Part shown: one piece after another, positions 44,951 through 60,940 of the stretch
How the letters are laid out: the number at the start of each line of letters is the position of its first letter
How positions within the stretch are numbered: position 1 is the first letter of the stretch
From: Octopus vulgaris
Lineage: Eukaryota
Length of the DNA: 64,000 bases
Direction: 5' to 3'
Assembly: GCA_951406725.2 (NCBI GenBank)
Contig: OX597820.1
Coordinates: 5,146,001-5,210,000, forward strand
Made by a program: the position numbers and the translations under genes
The notes under the pieces: model-generated
The model's input: the letters and a program-made list of their open reading frames with translations, nothing else
The model's database searches: none
What the model was told of the DNA's origin: nothing

Positions 44951-47900
44951 ATGAAAATTCAATTCTTACTAATAAGAGTAATCTCATAGCACAGGAAAGG
45001 AGCAGTGGTAGTTTACTTGAGGAGAGACATAAAGATGATCTAAAAGAAGACGATAAAACTAATGGTGACATGACAGATGAACAAAAGGCAATCTACGACA
45101 GAATAAAGGTAAGACTACAAGAGAACGATAGCGACATTATTTGCAATATTAAAAAAGGTTGATCGATGGAAATTGAACCAAGAAACGAAAAATGTCAATG
45201 AAATTGTGAAATGCATCAGAACGAACAACATCACAGAAATAAATAGTTTGATCAAGGCAGCAAGCATTATTGTAGCAGAAAATGTGGGTGTTGATGCCAA
45301 GAAAAAGAAACATAATGGGAGTGACAAAATAAAAGATCCATGGTGGAAAAGAAGAATCCAGGCTGGGTTAGACATACTCTCGAAGGAAATCTCTGTGTTA
45401 GACCGGAAAGAGAGAAAGGGGAGCTTAAAAGCGAACAAAAATACAGGGCGCTGAAAAGGAAGTATAATATTGAAAGAAAGGGCCTGAAAGTAGTAGTGGG
45501 GGAAATAAAACAGTGCCTCGTTGCAAAGAAATCAAAGATGGTAAGATACGACCAAAGAATGAAGGGTTACCACCAGAATAGGTTATTCAGAGTAGATCAG
45601 AAGAGATTCTATAAAGAAATAAATGGAGGGTGTACAGATGAAAAGTTAATACCAGATATCATTGAAAGTCAAAGGTTTTGGAGTGACAACTGGAGCAAAG
45701 ACGAAGAGCACAAGAAGGATGCTGAATGGTTGCAAGAACTGAAACAAACAGTAGTCTGTCCAAAACAGGCAGAACTAGTCATTTCTGTTTGGGAAGTGAA
45801 GGAAATTAGCAAAAAAATGAGCAAGTGGAAGGCCCCGGGACCAGATGGAGTTCAAGGCTAGATCAAAAGATTTTGTGAATGTCATGCACGAATAGCTGCG
45901 CAACTGAACACCTTGTTAAATGCCGACCAAGGAACACCAGAGTGGTCGACATTGGGAAGGACAGTGCTGTGCCTGAAAAACATCGAAAAAGGCAATACGG
46001 TAGACAATTACAGGCCGATATCCTGTTTGACATTCATGTGGAAGTTATTGACTGGAATACTCGCAGAGTCAATGTACGAATTTCTGGAAAAAAAAATAGA
46101 GTCCTACCATATGAGCGGAAGGGTTGCAAGCGTAAATGCAGGCGTACCAAGGATCGACACCTGGTAGACAAAACTGTACTTAAAGACTGCAAGAGGAGGA
46201 CAAGTAACTTAACCATGTCATGGATCGGCTATCGTAAGGCCTACGATATGATCCCACATTCTTGGATTATGGAGTGTATGAACCTATTTGGTATTGCATG
46301 GAATGTTGAGCGATTGCTTGGGAAAAGTATGGCGAATTGGAGGACGAACCTGACAGCATACGGAAGAAGTTTAGGGACAGTAGAATTTAGGAGGGGCATC
46401 TTCCAAGGGGACTGCCTGTTACCACTGATCTTTGTAATGTGCTGATTCTGACACTGATTCTGAGGAAAGCAAAAACTGGATATTTATCCAAAAGTTGCCA
46501 ACAAAAAGTCAACCATTTGATATTCATGGACGACCTGAAACTTTATGGTAAAGATGAAGCCCAAGTCAGTTCCTTCGTTAATACGGTTTATACCTTCAGT
46601 GCTGATGTCGGAATGGAGTTTGGACTGAGAAAAATGTGGTGTGTTAGTCTTGAATAAAGGCAAAAATCAAATGTATGAACGGACTAACGATATCGTCGGG
46701 GGAGGTTATGAAACAGATAGAAGAGACGGGATATAAGTACTTCGGGATTTTGGAAATGGATAAATTGATGGAGAAAGAAATGACAGAAAAATTTAAGATG
46801 GAGTACTTGCACAGACTGAGACTGATCCTTAAGTCGAAATTAAACGGACGGAATAAGATCGAAGCTATCAACACCTGGGCAGTTTCAATTCTTAGATATG
46901 GAGTAGGGGTAATCGCATGGACAGTAGACAAACTAAACAGCTTAGACAGAAAGACAAGGAAGTTACTAACTAATAGGGGCTACTCCACCCAAAAGTGGTA
47001 CATACAGTCCGTCTGTATGTACCAAAATAAAAATGAGGGGGAAGAGGACTTATTGGATGCGAACACAGCATTAGAGCAAAGAAAACAATATAGCATATGT
47101 AAAAATTCCACAGAACCGCTATTATTAGAGGTAGGAAGGTCAGGCTTGTGTAGGATGAAAGATTGCAAAGATAACGCACTATACAAGAATTTGAAAACAA
47201 ATGAGTCTGAAAATAGGTGGGATAAAGAAAAGAATGCATGGTCAGTTTCATAGGGATGTTGAAGATCAGACAGAGAAAAAAGATGGCTGTGGATGACTAA
47301 AAGTGATTAAAAGCCGGAATCGGAGGCTCTAATCTGTGCTGCCCAAGAGCAAGCACTAAGAACAAAGTACATAAAATACAGAATAGATAACACAGCAGAA
47401 AGTGATAAGTGCAGAATCTGTGGATAAAACGGTGAAACCGTATGGCATATTACCAGCCAATGTACGCCACTAGCCCAGAAGGAATATAAGAGACACCATG
47501 ACAATATAGCCAGGCTTGTCCATTGGACACTTTGCAACAAGTATGGACTTGACAGAGCAAAAAATTGGTATGACCACAAACCTGAAGGCATCGTCGAAAA
47601 TAGAAATGCAAAGATCCTATGGGATTTTATGATTCAGTGCGACCATGAGATTGAGAATAGGAAGCCAGGCATAGTCTTAATTGAGAAAGAAACAAACTAT
47701 GCTGGATCATAGACATAGCAAGCCCAGCTGACAACAAGGTATGCGATAAGGAAGAAAGAAAAGTTGAGAGATATGACAGGTTTGCTTGGGAGGTTAAGCA
47801 GTTGTGGTCGATGGAAAAGGTAAAAGTAATAGCAATAATTGTCGGAGCCCAGGGTTCAGTGAGCAAAAATCTCGAGAAGTACGGGGAACAAATAGGGGCT

Positions 47901-48055
47901 GCAATAAGGCTGGAGCACTTGCAGAAAACAGCACTGCTTGGAACCGCTCGAATATCCCGGAAGGTGCTCGAAAAACAAGAGGTGTCACCTTAGTTCACTG
48001 GTAGTGAACAGCTGACACTGTAGTGCATCTCCATCGTTAGAAGCTGTGCAAAGGC
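44945..48055 (+). mobile_element. Dong/R4-clade non-LTR retrotransposon (RT + CCHC + RLE), ~3.1 kb, 5'-truncated, decayed
   Basis: [55 protein letters not shown]; CRICG...HITSQC; IIDIASP...KVERY; QKTALLGTARI; multiple stops/frameshifts; flanked by (TAA)n. Confidence 0.95.
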
Positions 48056-48138
<83 letters not shown>

Positions 48139-48179
48139 TAATAATAATAATAACGCTCCAATAACAATAGATAACCTTT

Positions 48180-48805
48180 ATGTTTTACCCTCGTAGTGTT
48201 TGTGAAAGTTTTGCGCAGAAAGAGTACAGGCGTAGACACGACAAGGTATCCCCAAACCTTCACTGGTTACTATGCCGTAAGTACGGATATGAAGTAACGG
48301 GTTCTGGGTACCAACATACAACGGAAAAAGTAATGGACGAAAAGGGGAAGCAAAAGCCCTCTGGGACTTTGACTTCCAGACAGACAAAGTGTTAGAGCAA
48401 CGAATGCCAGATATAGCAACCTTTAGGAGGGACAAATAAGACCGCCTAATAATTGACGAAGCAGTGCCAGGAGATCATCATATCATGAAAGAAAGAGAAA
48501 AGATTCATTAATATGGAGACCTGAGAATTGAGATCGCTAAAGAGAATTGGACATAAAGGTTATCCCTATTGTCATCGGAGCATTGGGTTCAATACTACCC
48601 AACCTGAAAAAGCATCTGAAACCTTTAGAAATACCCTACAATCTAGGTGCATTGCAGAAGTCGGCATTACTTGGAACTGCACGCATATTGCGTAAAGTAG
48701 TCTGTCTGAGGTCCTTGTTGTGACTTGACAAACAGTACAAACCCCACCAATAGACACAATATCTTCAATCAACAACCTCACGATATTATATACTGTGCGA
48801 CGAAT

Positions 48806-48806
<1 letters not shown>
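48180..48806 (+). mobile_element. Dong/R4-like LINE 3' fragment (subfamily D)
   Basis: QKEYRRRHDKV; MPDIA...LIIDEAVP; VIPIVIGALG; LQKSALLGTARILRK; (TAA)n tail. Confidence 0.85.
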
Positions 48807-48875
<69 letters not shown>

Positions 48876-48890
48876 TAATAATAATAATAT

Positions 48891-48924
<34 letters not shown>

Positions 48925-49009
48925 AATAATAATGATAATAATGATAATAATAATATTAATAATAATAATAATGATAATAATAATAATAATTAATAATAAT
49001 AATAATAAT

Positions 49010-49072
<63 letters not shown>

Positions 49073-49339
49073 TGCCCTGATGCAGTACCAGGCAGTGGCT
49101 CTCATGGCTTTTGATCTTAACTGATTGGATGTGTTATCATGTACATTGTTTTGTCTTGATATAAAAGATGGGCTACAGCAAATATTCTGCTCAATACCAC
49201 AGATTTGCTTGTCAGTTGTTTGACCTTAACCAGTTGAGCATTTCCCTTAGTGGCTGACGATATGTGCATCTCTGATCACGAGCAGAAATAGTGGGGGAGC
49301 ATCATAGCCATGTGAGTGCTGCTCTCTCATCACGATAAT

Positions 49340-49577
49340 AACCCTTTCTTCTATGGCCACAAGGCCCGGAATTTAGGGAAGGGGTTAGTCGATTACCAGT
49401 GCTTAACTTGTTCTTATTTTATTGACCCCTGAAAGAATGAAAAGCAAAGCCGACCTCGGTGGATTTTGAACTCAGAACGTAAAGCTGGGCGAAATGCTGC
49501 TAAGCATTTTTTGCTCGGCGCGGTAACGATTCTGTCAACTCGATGCCTTAAACGATGATGATGATGATAATGATGAC

Positions 49578-49619
<42 letters not shown>

Positions 49620-49775
49620 AACAACAACAAAAACAATAACAATCCTTTCTTCTGTGGGATCAAAGTCTGGAATTTTGTGCAGGAGGGGAAGGGGGGTCTC
49701 GGCGATTACATCGATCTCAGGGTTCGAACTGGTACTTATTTTATCGACCCTGAAAAAATGACAGGGAAAAATCAA
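49340..49775 (-). mobile_element. Two degenerate Meta/MESC-type SINE copies
   Basis: Minus-strand core matches at ~49340-49548 and ~49640-49775. Confidence 0.65.
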
Positions 49776-50099
49776 CCTCCTCCGCTTCCTCCTCTTCCCC
49801 CTCCCCTCCCCTCCGCTTCCTCCTCCTCTCAATAATAACAACAACAACAACAGCAACAACAAAAAAAGCAACAGCAGCAGCAGCAACAACAACAACAACA
49901 ACTACAACAACAACAACAACAGTGATTAGAAGTTGCATACGTAAATACATAGTTTATAAGAGATCACGTCTCACAGAACGTTTCTGATCGCAAACACTCA
50001 AAGATTCGCCATGTTTGCAAAACTACTTCTCCTGTAAACACTTCTTAATTCTAGTATTTTGCCAGGCATCATTTTCGAATAATATGATATATATTTCTG

Positions 50100-50188
<89 letters not shown>

Positions 50189-50384
50189 GTTACTTTTTGT
50201 TATTTTCTTCATAGCAGAACATAGTTTTGAATAGGTCAGGCGTGCATGCTGGTCTCTAAACACTTGGTGGAACAATATAAAACGTTGATGTCTTCATAAC
50301 TCTCTTTATGATAGACGCCTTTTCAAATAACTGCAAGACAAGTTATTCGCAGGATTTGCTTTATGGTAGTATATCATTTCACAC

Positions 50385-50432
<48 letters not shown>

Positions 50433-50442
50433 TCACCCCTGT

Positions 50443-50474
<32 letters not shown>

Positions 50475-50484
50475 TCACCCCTGT

Positions 50485-50540
<56 letters not shown>

Positions 50541-50577
50541 TCACCCCTGTTACTACTACTACTACTACTACTACTAT

Positions 50578-50627
<50 letters not shown>

Positions 50628-50640
50628 ACTACTACTGCTG

Positions 50641-50676
<36 letters not shown>

Positions 50677-50776
50677 TTGCTGCTGCTGCAAGACCGCCAC
50701 CCATCGGTACCAGCTCAAAATTATGTACATTCGTATATTGACTGTAACTCCCCTCCTCCCGCCAAATAGTAAATTG

Positions 50777-50814
<38 letters not shown>

Positions 50815-51760
50815 AGACAGAGAGAAAGAGGGAGAAAGAGAGAGAGAAGGAGAAAGAGAGAACGATTGAGAGAAGGAGAGGGAGAAGAAATAATAGGCAT
50901 ATCCATCTCCTCCACCCCATCATCATAATGGTTTAGCTCACCACCACCACCACCACCACCACCCCCACCACCACTACCCCTACCCCCACCTCTAAAATTG
51001 CCGTCATATAAATGGCACAACCAAAAAACTCACAACAAACGCCATCACCACGACGACGACGACCACTTCTACTTCCTCCCACTTTTACCTCCCTCCCACT
51101 TCTCCCTCCCATCATGTCTTCCTCCCACCGACACCACCCACGTCTATCATCACCTCAAACATCATCGTTTTGAAGAATATTTCACCTCCAACACCTCCAC
51201 ATAAACATACAACAGCGTTGAGTGAGAGGAAATGGAGAGAGAAGGAAGTAAAGATGGAGGGGGAAAGACAAGGAGAGAACGAGCGAGAGGGAAAAGAGAG
51301 AGAGAAAGAGAGAGAGAGAGGCAGACAGAAAGAGACTGAGGGAGGGAGATGGGGGGAGGGAAAATGAGAAATAAGGAACTAGAATGAGAAAGAGGGAGAG
51401 ATAATGTAATAGAAGCGACAGAGAGAGTCATGAGAGAAAGAGATGAGAGTGAGAGAGAGAAAAGATGAAAGAGAGAGTGAGAAAGAGAATGAAAGTGAGA
51501 GAGAGAGACAAAGAGAGTGAGAGAGAGAAAGATGTGAGAAAGTAAAAGTGGGAGAGGGAGGGAGAAAGAGAGAGAGAGAGACAGTGATGAAGATAAGAGA
51601 GAGTTATGAGAGAGAGAGAGAGAAAGAAAGAGAGAGGGAGAGAGAGACAAAGAGAGTGAGAGAGAGAGAAAAAATGTTAGAAATGAAAAGTGAGAGAGAG
51701 AGAGAGAAAGAGAGAGAAAAATTGTTAGAAATGAAAAGTGAGAGAGAGAGAGAGGGGGAG

Positions 51761-51791
<31 letters not shown>

Positions 51792-52697
51792 CAGTGATGA
51801 AGATAAAAGAGTTATGAGACGAAAGGGAGAGAGGAAGAGATATTTGAGAAATATGTTTTGTTTTGACAAGGCAGAAGAGTGAGGAGATAAAAATGAGGTG
51901 TAAAATGGATTTATCATGGCTTAAATATCGCCATATTCTACCTGAGATGGTTGCTATTTAGTCTCAAATGAGCTGTGATCAAACGGAATGAAAATGTTCC
52001 AAACCAGACCGTTCCGCCCTTTTTTCTATATCGTGTTTCGTCCAATGTAACCTCTATCGGGTTTAAAATAGCTGCCTCTGAATTGGGGGAATTTTGGTTG
52101 CTATTTCTAGCCGGTCGAGTGAGGTATATGCAGAGAGCCTAGCAATGATTTCCCCTTAGAGCCTCTTTCTCTGTGTGTGTCACCTCCATTGTGTATAGTC
52201 CCAGATAGACATGCCCAGTGAATAGCATAAAGTGAATAACATGAAGAGAGGGGCGGCAATATAAGAGAGAATGTTCAGGAATACAGGGAGTACCAGGAGT
52301 ATTTTATGTCATTTCGGAAATAAAGAGCTTATGAGAGAGTATATTTTAAAAATTTGGTGTGTATAAAGGGTGTAGACTGCAGAAGTTAGTAAATATGAGG
52401 AATATATAAAGCGGAGATCTGGAAGAATGTGTGTATGTATATATATATAATAATTATTTGAGGGAATATTATTCCTAACTTACAGGGAAAAATTCAATTT
52501 AGAAATACTGAATCAAATTTCACAAAATATAATATATATATATAAGTTAGAATAAACCCACCTTTTATCAATTCAAAATGAATAATTAAATTACACCATC
52601 TAGAAAATTACATATAACAGAAATATTGAAAATAAAATAACAACACTATACCAATGATTAAGTAAATTGTAAAATAATAATAAAAACGTATATATTT

Positions 52698-52754
<57 letters not shown>

Positions 52755-52758
<4 letters not shown>

Positions 52759-53088
52759 AATTGCAGCGTGGAAGGTGTTTATAAGCCATTTAAGAAACAC
52801 ACAAAAGCCGTTCGATTCACTCCAACATTTAAGTTTAATTTGTCAAAATATTTTCGTCGCTAAAATCCGCGACCTGTTCACTGACAAAGTCCGTGCGGAC
52901 TTTGTCAGTGAACAGGTCGCGGATTTTAGCGACGAAAATATTTTGACAAATTAAACTTAAATGTTGGAGTGAATCGAACGGCTTTTGTGTGTTTCTTAAA
53001 TGGCTTATAAACACCTTCCACGCTGCAATTGTTTTCGTTTCAGCACACGATCTCAGATCAAATTACTTGCTATGCGAGTACATCTCCG

Positions 53089-53091
<3 letters not shown>
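52755..53091. mobile_element. Palindromic Penelope-like non-autonomous element (copy 1) in (TA)n
   Basis: Perfect arms 52755-52893 / 52896-53034 plus 57-bp tail ending CATCTCCGTAA. Confidence 0.9.
52901..52950 (+). ncRNA. Minimal hammerhead with G3-C8 swapped core (mirror copy on minus strand 52839-52888)
   Basis: TTTGTCA-GTGAACA-G-GTCGC[ggatttta]GCGAC-GAAA-ATAT-TT-TGACAAA. Confidence 0.7.
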
Positions 53092-53122
<31 letters not shown>

Positions 53123-53606
53123 AACACATACATATACATGCACATATACATATATATATATACGTATATACACATACATGCACGCACACACACATACATA
53201 CACACACATACACGCACATACATACATACATACATACATACATACATACATGCATATTCTCCATCCTTCAAGCCATTTTCTAAGCGCTACCTACCATTCT
53301 CGTCTCCTTGGCCCCAATGCCGTATTTTGTTCAACTGTTCGTCTTTGTCCACCGTCCTAAATCACACTTTGTGTCAGTTGGCTTGTCTTGTGTTTTGTTT
53401 GCTCTTGTGCCTAATTCTCCGCAAAAATTCTTTTCTTGCGGCCACTGCCAATTGGGAAGCACTTAGTCTTATCGTTAAAAGCGCGATACTGAACGTTATC
53501 AATTGGTCGACAACTGATGAAGAATTACGGCCATTCTGTGTTTGCTTCCCATTTGCTTTTTCATTCAGTATACGTTAGCTTGTTTGTTTACCATACAATT
53601 TTCATT

Positions 53607-53653
<47 letters not shown>

Positions 53654-53737
53654 ATCCAAAGAGAAAACACAACAACGCGAGTACGTGGAACAAGTATAGT
53701 GTTATTGGACGCTCAGAAAAGGAAAGAAAGAAGGAGG

Positions 53738-53772
53738 ATTTTACGTGTCGAGCGGAGTTCTTCGTCAGAAAC
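53738..53772 (-). ncRNA. Degenerate minimal hammerhead in PLE 3' fragment (53650-53850)
   Basis: Minus strand GTTT-CTGACGA-A-GAAC.tcc.GCTC-GACA-CG-TA-AAAT (GAAA mutated to GACA); related fragment with intact GCTCGAAACGTAAAA at ~33030-33140. Confidence 0.5.
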
Positions 53773-53853
53773 ATAGGAAAAAGGAAAGATCCAAGGAAAG
53801 GAAGACGGAGGAAAGAAATCGCCAACGGTACACACGCGGTCACATTTTGAATG

Positions 53854-53920
<67 letters not shown>

Positions 53921-53924
<4 letters not shown>

Positions 53925-54133
53925 CTACAGTATGGAATTTTGTCAGTGAACAGGTCGCGGTCTCAAAGCGACGAAAATATTTTGCCAAATTAAATTTAAA
54001 TGTTGAAGAGAATCTAACGGGATTTGTGCGTTTCTTAAATGGCTTATAACACTTCCCACGCTGCAGGTGTTTATGTTTCACCCCACCCCACACGATCTCA
54101 GATCAGGTCACTTGCTATGCAAGTGCATCTCCG

Positions 54134-54136
<3 letters not shown>
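53921..54136 (+). mobile_element. Diverged single-arm copy of the palindromic family with G3-C8 hammerhead (53939-53989)
   Basis: TTTGTCA-GTGAACA-G-GTCGC[ggtctcaaa]GCGAC-GAAA-ATAT-TT-TGCCAAA; same 3' end CATCTCCGTAA. Confidence 0.8.
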
Positions 54137-56843
<2,707 letters not shown>

Positions 56844-56856
56844 GTGTGTGTGTAAC

Positions 56857-57160
56857 TAATGTACGATAAAATTATTTTCGGGAAAAAAATTTTATCAATG
56901 GCCAGCATATCAGAAAGTACCTTTAAAGGGTAAATTTTAAATAATTTACAAGATAAGGGCAAAAGAAAAATTCTAATGCCAAATATGCCGAAAAAACCCC
57001 AAAAATTGTCAATAACCATTATAATTTATGCGTCTCGAAACAAACCGACAGAAATTTCTAAAAAAATCCGTTATTACCGTTATAATGGTTATTGACAATT
57101 TTTGTCTTTTTTCCGCATATTTGGCATTAGAATGTTTCTTTTGCCCTTATCTCGTAAATT
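56857..57160. mobile_element. Penelope-like terminal fragment with fold-back (same family as 9290-9690)
   Basis: Shared tatcaatggccagcatat...ctaatgccaaatatgccg; inverted arms ~56941-57025 / ~57080-57161. Confidence 0.65.
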
Positions 57161-57520
57161 ATATATATATATGTGTATATATAAAAGAATATTTACAATT
57201 TTTATACATATATGGATGTATAAGTATACGCACATATAATTATACGCACTTACCAGAATTGTGTGCATGCCTACGTATATTTGCAACCTCCTCTGTCCCT
57301 CCCTCATCCCTGTATCTCTCCCTCACTCTCTCTCTGTCTCTCTCAATCTATTCCTATTTCCCTCAGTTTATACTCACCCTATCCCTTTGTTTAACTATTC
57401 ATTGTCTGATGTCTCTCTCTATCTAGACAGAGATATAATCTTGTACTTTAACAAACGTTTTACAATTTAACCATAAGTGACATCTTTGTACAGACATATA
57501 CTATTCAGACTAGGATTGAA

Positions 57521-57621
<101 letters not shown>

Positions 57622-58321
57622 CTATATATATATAATCAAAAGAAGCAACAAGTATATCCGAGGTAGAGTGGTACAATTGTTTCATGCTACTTCATTTTAT
57701 TAAACACTGTAAGTATTACATCAGTTGTAATATGTCGAGCAATCTTCAGCCGCTTAGTAACAATTCCTATAAGCATCGATGTTATTTTCTTTTTCTTTCT
57801 CGATCCAACGCTACATTTTGCAACTGCTCCTTACGAAATTTCGGAGGACAATCCAGTTGTGACCCCAACTGAAGCGAGACGAAAGATATGATACAATAGA
57901 AAGTGTCAAAGAACGTTTGTTTGGAGGACAGGTTTTCTCTCTCTCTTTCTCTCATTCTTTAATTTCTCTCCCTTTGTTTCTCTCTCAAATATTCTTTCTT
58001 ATTCATCAATCGTAATGTGCATCGCAGAATCAGAAACAGTCGCGGCTCTGTGGTAAGACGTTTGCTTCCAACCAAACGGTTTCGGGTTCAGTCCCCTTGT
58101 GTGGCATCTTGGGAATGTGGCCTGTAATATAGCCTAGGGCTAACCTAAGACTTGTGAGTGGGATTGGTAGGCAGAAAATGAAAGAGGTCTGTCGTGCATA
58201 TATATATGTGCTCCAGCATGGCCGCAGTCAAATGACTGAAACAAGTAAAAGAGTATATATATATATATAGTATTCGTATGTCGTATTTATATATATGTAT
58301 TTATGTTTCATTTCTGTGTGT

Positions 58322-58380
58322 ATTCTACTGACGAGGCAAAGCATTCCTAAATGCAAAACCAGAAATCCGGGATCTAGAAT
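58322..58380 (+). ncRNA. Minimal type-I hammerhead in PLE 3' fragment (58270-58530)
   Basis: ATTCTA-CTGACGA-GG.caaa.GCATT-ccta-AATGC.aaaa.CC-A-GAAA-TCC-G-GGA-TC-TAGAAT. Confidence 0.75.
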
Positions 58381-58527
58381 TATCCAGTAATTTTTTACTA
58401 GTTTCATCTTGTCTCTTTGTTTTCTCTCCGTGTTGATATACGGACAATTAAGGTGGTTTTTAGAGTCAGATCATGGCTGCTATTTTCAGCATAGTGGTAT
58501 CTCGTAGTTACCCTAATTTATAATTTC

Positions 58528-58562
<35 letters not shown>

Positions 58563-58961
58563 TTACGGAGATGTACTTGCATAGCAAGTAATTTGATCTG
58601 AGATCGTGTGCTGAAACGAAAACAATTGCAGCGTGGAAGGTGTTTATAAGCCATTTAAGAAACACACAAAAGCCGTTCGATTCACTCCAACATTTAAGTT
58701 TAATTTGTCAAAATATTTTCGTCGCTAAAATCCGCGACCTGTTCACTGACAAAGTCTGTGCTGCACGGACTTTGTCAGTGAACAGGTCGCGGATTTTAGC
58801 GACGAAAATATTTTGACAAATTAAACTTGAATGTTGAAGTGAATCGAACGGCTTTTGTGTGTTTCTTAAATGGCTTATAAACACCTTCCACGCTGCAATT
58901 GTTTTCGTTTCAGCACACGATCTCAGATCAAATTACTTGCTATGCGAGTACATCTCCGTAA
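58563..58961. mobile_element. Palindromic Penelope-like element (copy 3), fully symmetric 399 bp
   Basis: Centre 58762; TTACGGAGATG...CATCTCCGTAA; G3-C8 hammerheads at 58771-58820 (+) and 58704-58753 (-). Confidence 0.9.
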
Positions 58962-58976
58962 TATATATATATATAT

Positions 58977-59312
58977 AGGTAAGAAAGTTGGTATGTGAAA
59001 GCACGTGGTTGAATATATATAAAATAGTAAAAGTGAAAAAACTACAGAAGGCTTGTTTTAAAGGTTAAAAAATATATATTTGAGTCAATATGTCTGAGGA
59101 ATATTATAAATTTTTTTCTTACAATTATTTAGAACTCTTTTCAACATAAACATAACGACGTAAGAAATTTGAAAAGCTAAACGCGAAACCGGTCTTTCTT
59201 CTAAATTATGTCATTGTAAGAAAAAAATTTATAATATTCTTCAGACATATTGACTCAAATATATATTTTTTAACCTTTTAAAACAAGCCTTCTGTAGTTT
59301 TTTCACTTTTAC

Positions 59313-59325
<13 letters not shown>
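58977..59325. mobile_element. Fold-back Penelope-like fragment
   Basis: Arms ~59018-59125 / ~59212-59322; half-hammerhead CGAAACCGGTC at 59184-59194. Confidence 0.65.
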
Positions 59326-59388
<63 letters not shown>

Positions 59389-59448
59389 TATATGCATATA
59401 TACATATTTATATACACACACACATATATATACATGCCTACGTATACG

Positions 59449-59518
<70 letters not shown>

Positions 59519-60142
59519 CGTATATACATACATTCATGCATCCATATATATATAAATATATAATACATACATCCATACATCCATACATGAATATATACGT
59601 ACATACTTAACGGAGCTGTTCCAAAAGCCGAGTTGGAGTGACAATCCAAGCCACCTGTTGGCATAAGGGGAGATATGAAAATAGCAATCCCCCCCCCCAG
59701 AAAAAACCCCGACCTCAGAAAACTGTGGTACAACCATCAACAGAATCAAGGAAATGCTACAATATTCAAACACTCGGTGGCTTTTGGGTGGGGGACGTAT
59801 CATTGTAGGTTAGAGTAATGCTATTGTACAGGATATTAATGGCAGCATCATTCAACATGTAACTGCCCAATTTAGGGGTTGCGAGTTATTTCATGTTGTA
59901 GTTAGTATAAGGGTCAAGATTACACTTTGTATTGTTGTTAACGCTGACCGTGCTGCCATTTATTTTACGGATTGTCGCAATCCTTTTCGGGCCAACACTG
60001 CTCTCCTACAATCTGAAAATGAAAATAAAGACACTGATAATGTTGCTACGACGAAATTTAGATAGACCAAAAACTTTATAAAATTAGACCTCGATACTGT
60101 CTGGACCCTTGGGATCGAAGCCAGCATTATGATCAGTTTGAA

Positions 60143-60690
60143 AGGCTGTGAGCTGGCAGAAACGTTAGCAAGCTGGGCGAAATGATTAGCGGTATTTTGT
60201 CTGCCGCTACGTTCTGAGTTCAAATTCCGCCGAGGTTGACTTTGCCTTTCATCGTTTCGGGGTCGATAAATTAAGTACCTGTTACACACTGGGATCGATA
60301 TAATCGACTTACTCCATTTGTCTGTCCTTGTTTGTCCCCTCTGTGTTTAGCCCCTTGTGGGTAGTAAAGAAATAGGTATTTCGCCTGCTGCTACGTTCTG
60401 AGTTCAAATTCCGCTGAGGTCGACTTTGCCTTTCATCCGTTCGGAGTCGATAAATTAGGTACCAGTTACGCACTGGGGTCGATATAGTCGACTTAATCCG
60501 TTTCTCTGTCCTTGTTTATCCCTTTAGCCCCTTGTGGGTAGTAAAGAAATAGGTATTTCGTCTGCCTTTACGTTCTGATTTCAAATTCCGCCGAGGTCGA
60601 CTTTGTCTTTTATAAATTAAGTATCTGTTGTGTACTGGGATCGACCCTAATCAAAATTTCGGGCCTTGTGCCTAGAGTGGAAAAGAAATG
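60143..60690 (+). mobile_element. Meta/MESC-type SINE with three tandem body units
   Basis: One head then core/tail repeated three times, joined at aaagaaataggtatttcg. Confidence 0.88.
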
Positions 60691-60940
60691 AGACGTCCAT
60701 GTTTGTCTTTAAATGAAATCTATGTTGCAAGATCACGTGATGTGTGAGAGGGCATCCTTTAGTGAGAGAAGAGGCAGAATTACAGCTGCTGCCTCACAAA
60801 GAGCCTTTGCAGATTGAAAACAAATAAATAAAATAAAACCAAGCGAATAAAAAACAAAACCTGTTAGAATTGCATCTGTTTTATGTGTTGCGTGGAAATT
60901 TAGAATTACTCGAAAGTAGAAGCCTGAAATCACTGCATGC

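Noticed and set aside
49252-49295. CTGACGA...GAAA in the (TAA)n-associated repeat as a hammerhead
   Set aside because: No stem I or stem III pairing; other copies read GAAG
52755-53091. Classical MITE/DNA transposon or assembly artefact
   Set aside because: Copies are asymmetric or single-armed with a common 3' end and differ from one another, which fits retro-insertion with fold-back rather than TIR transposition or read chimeras
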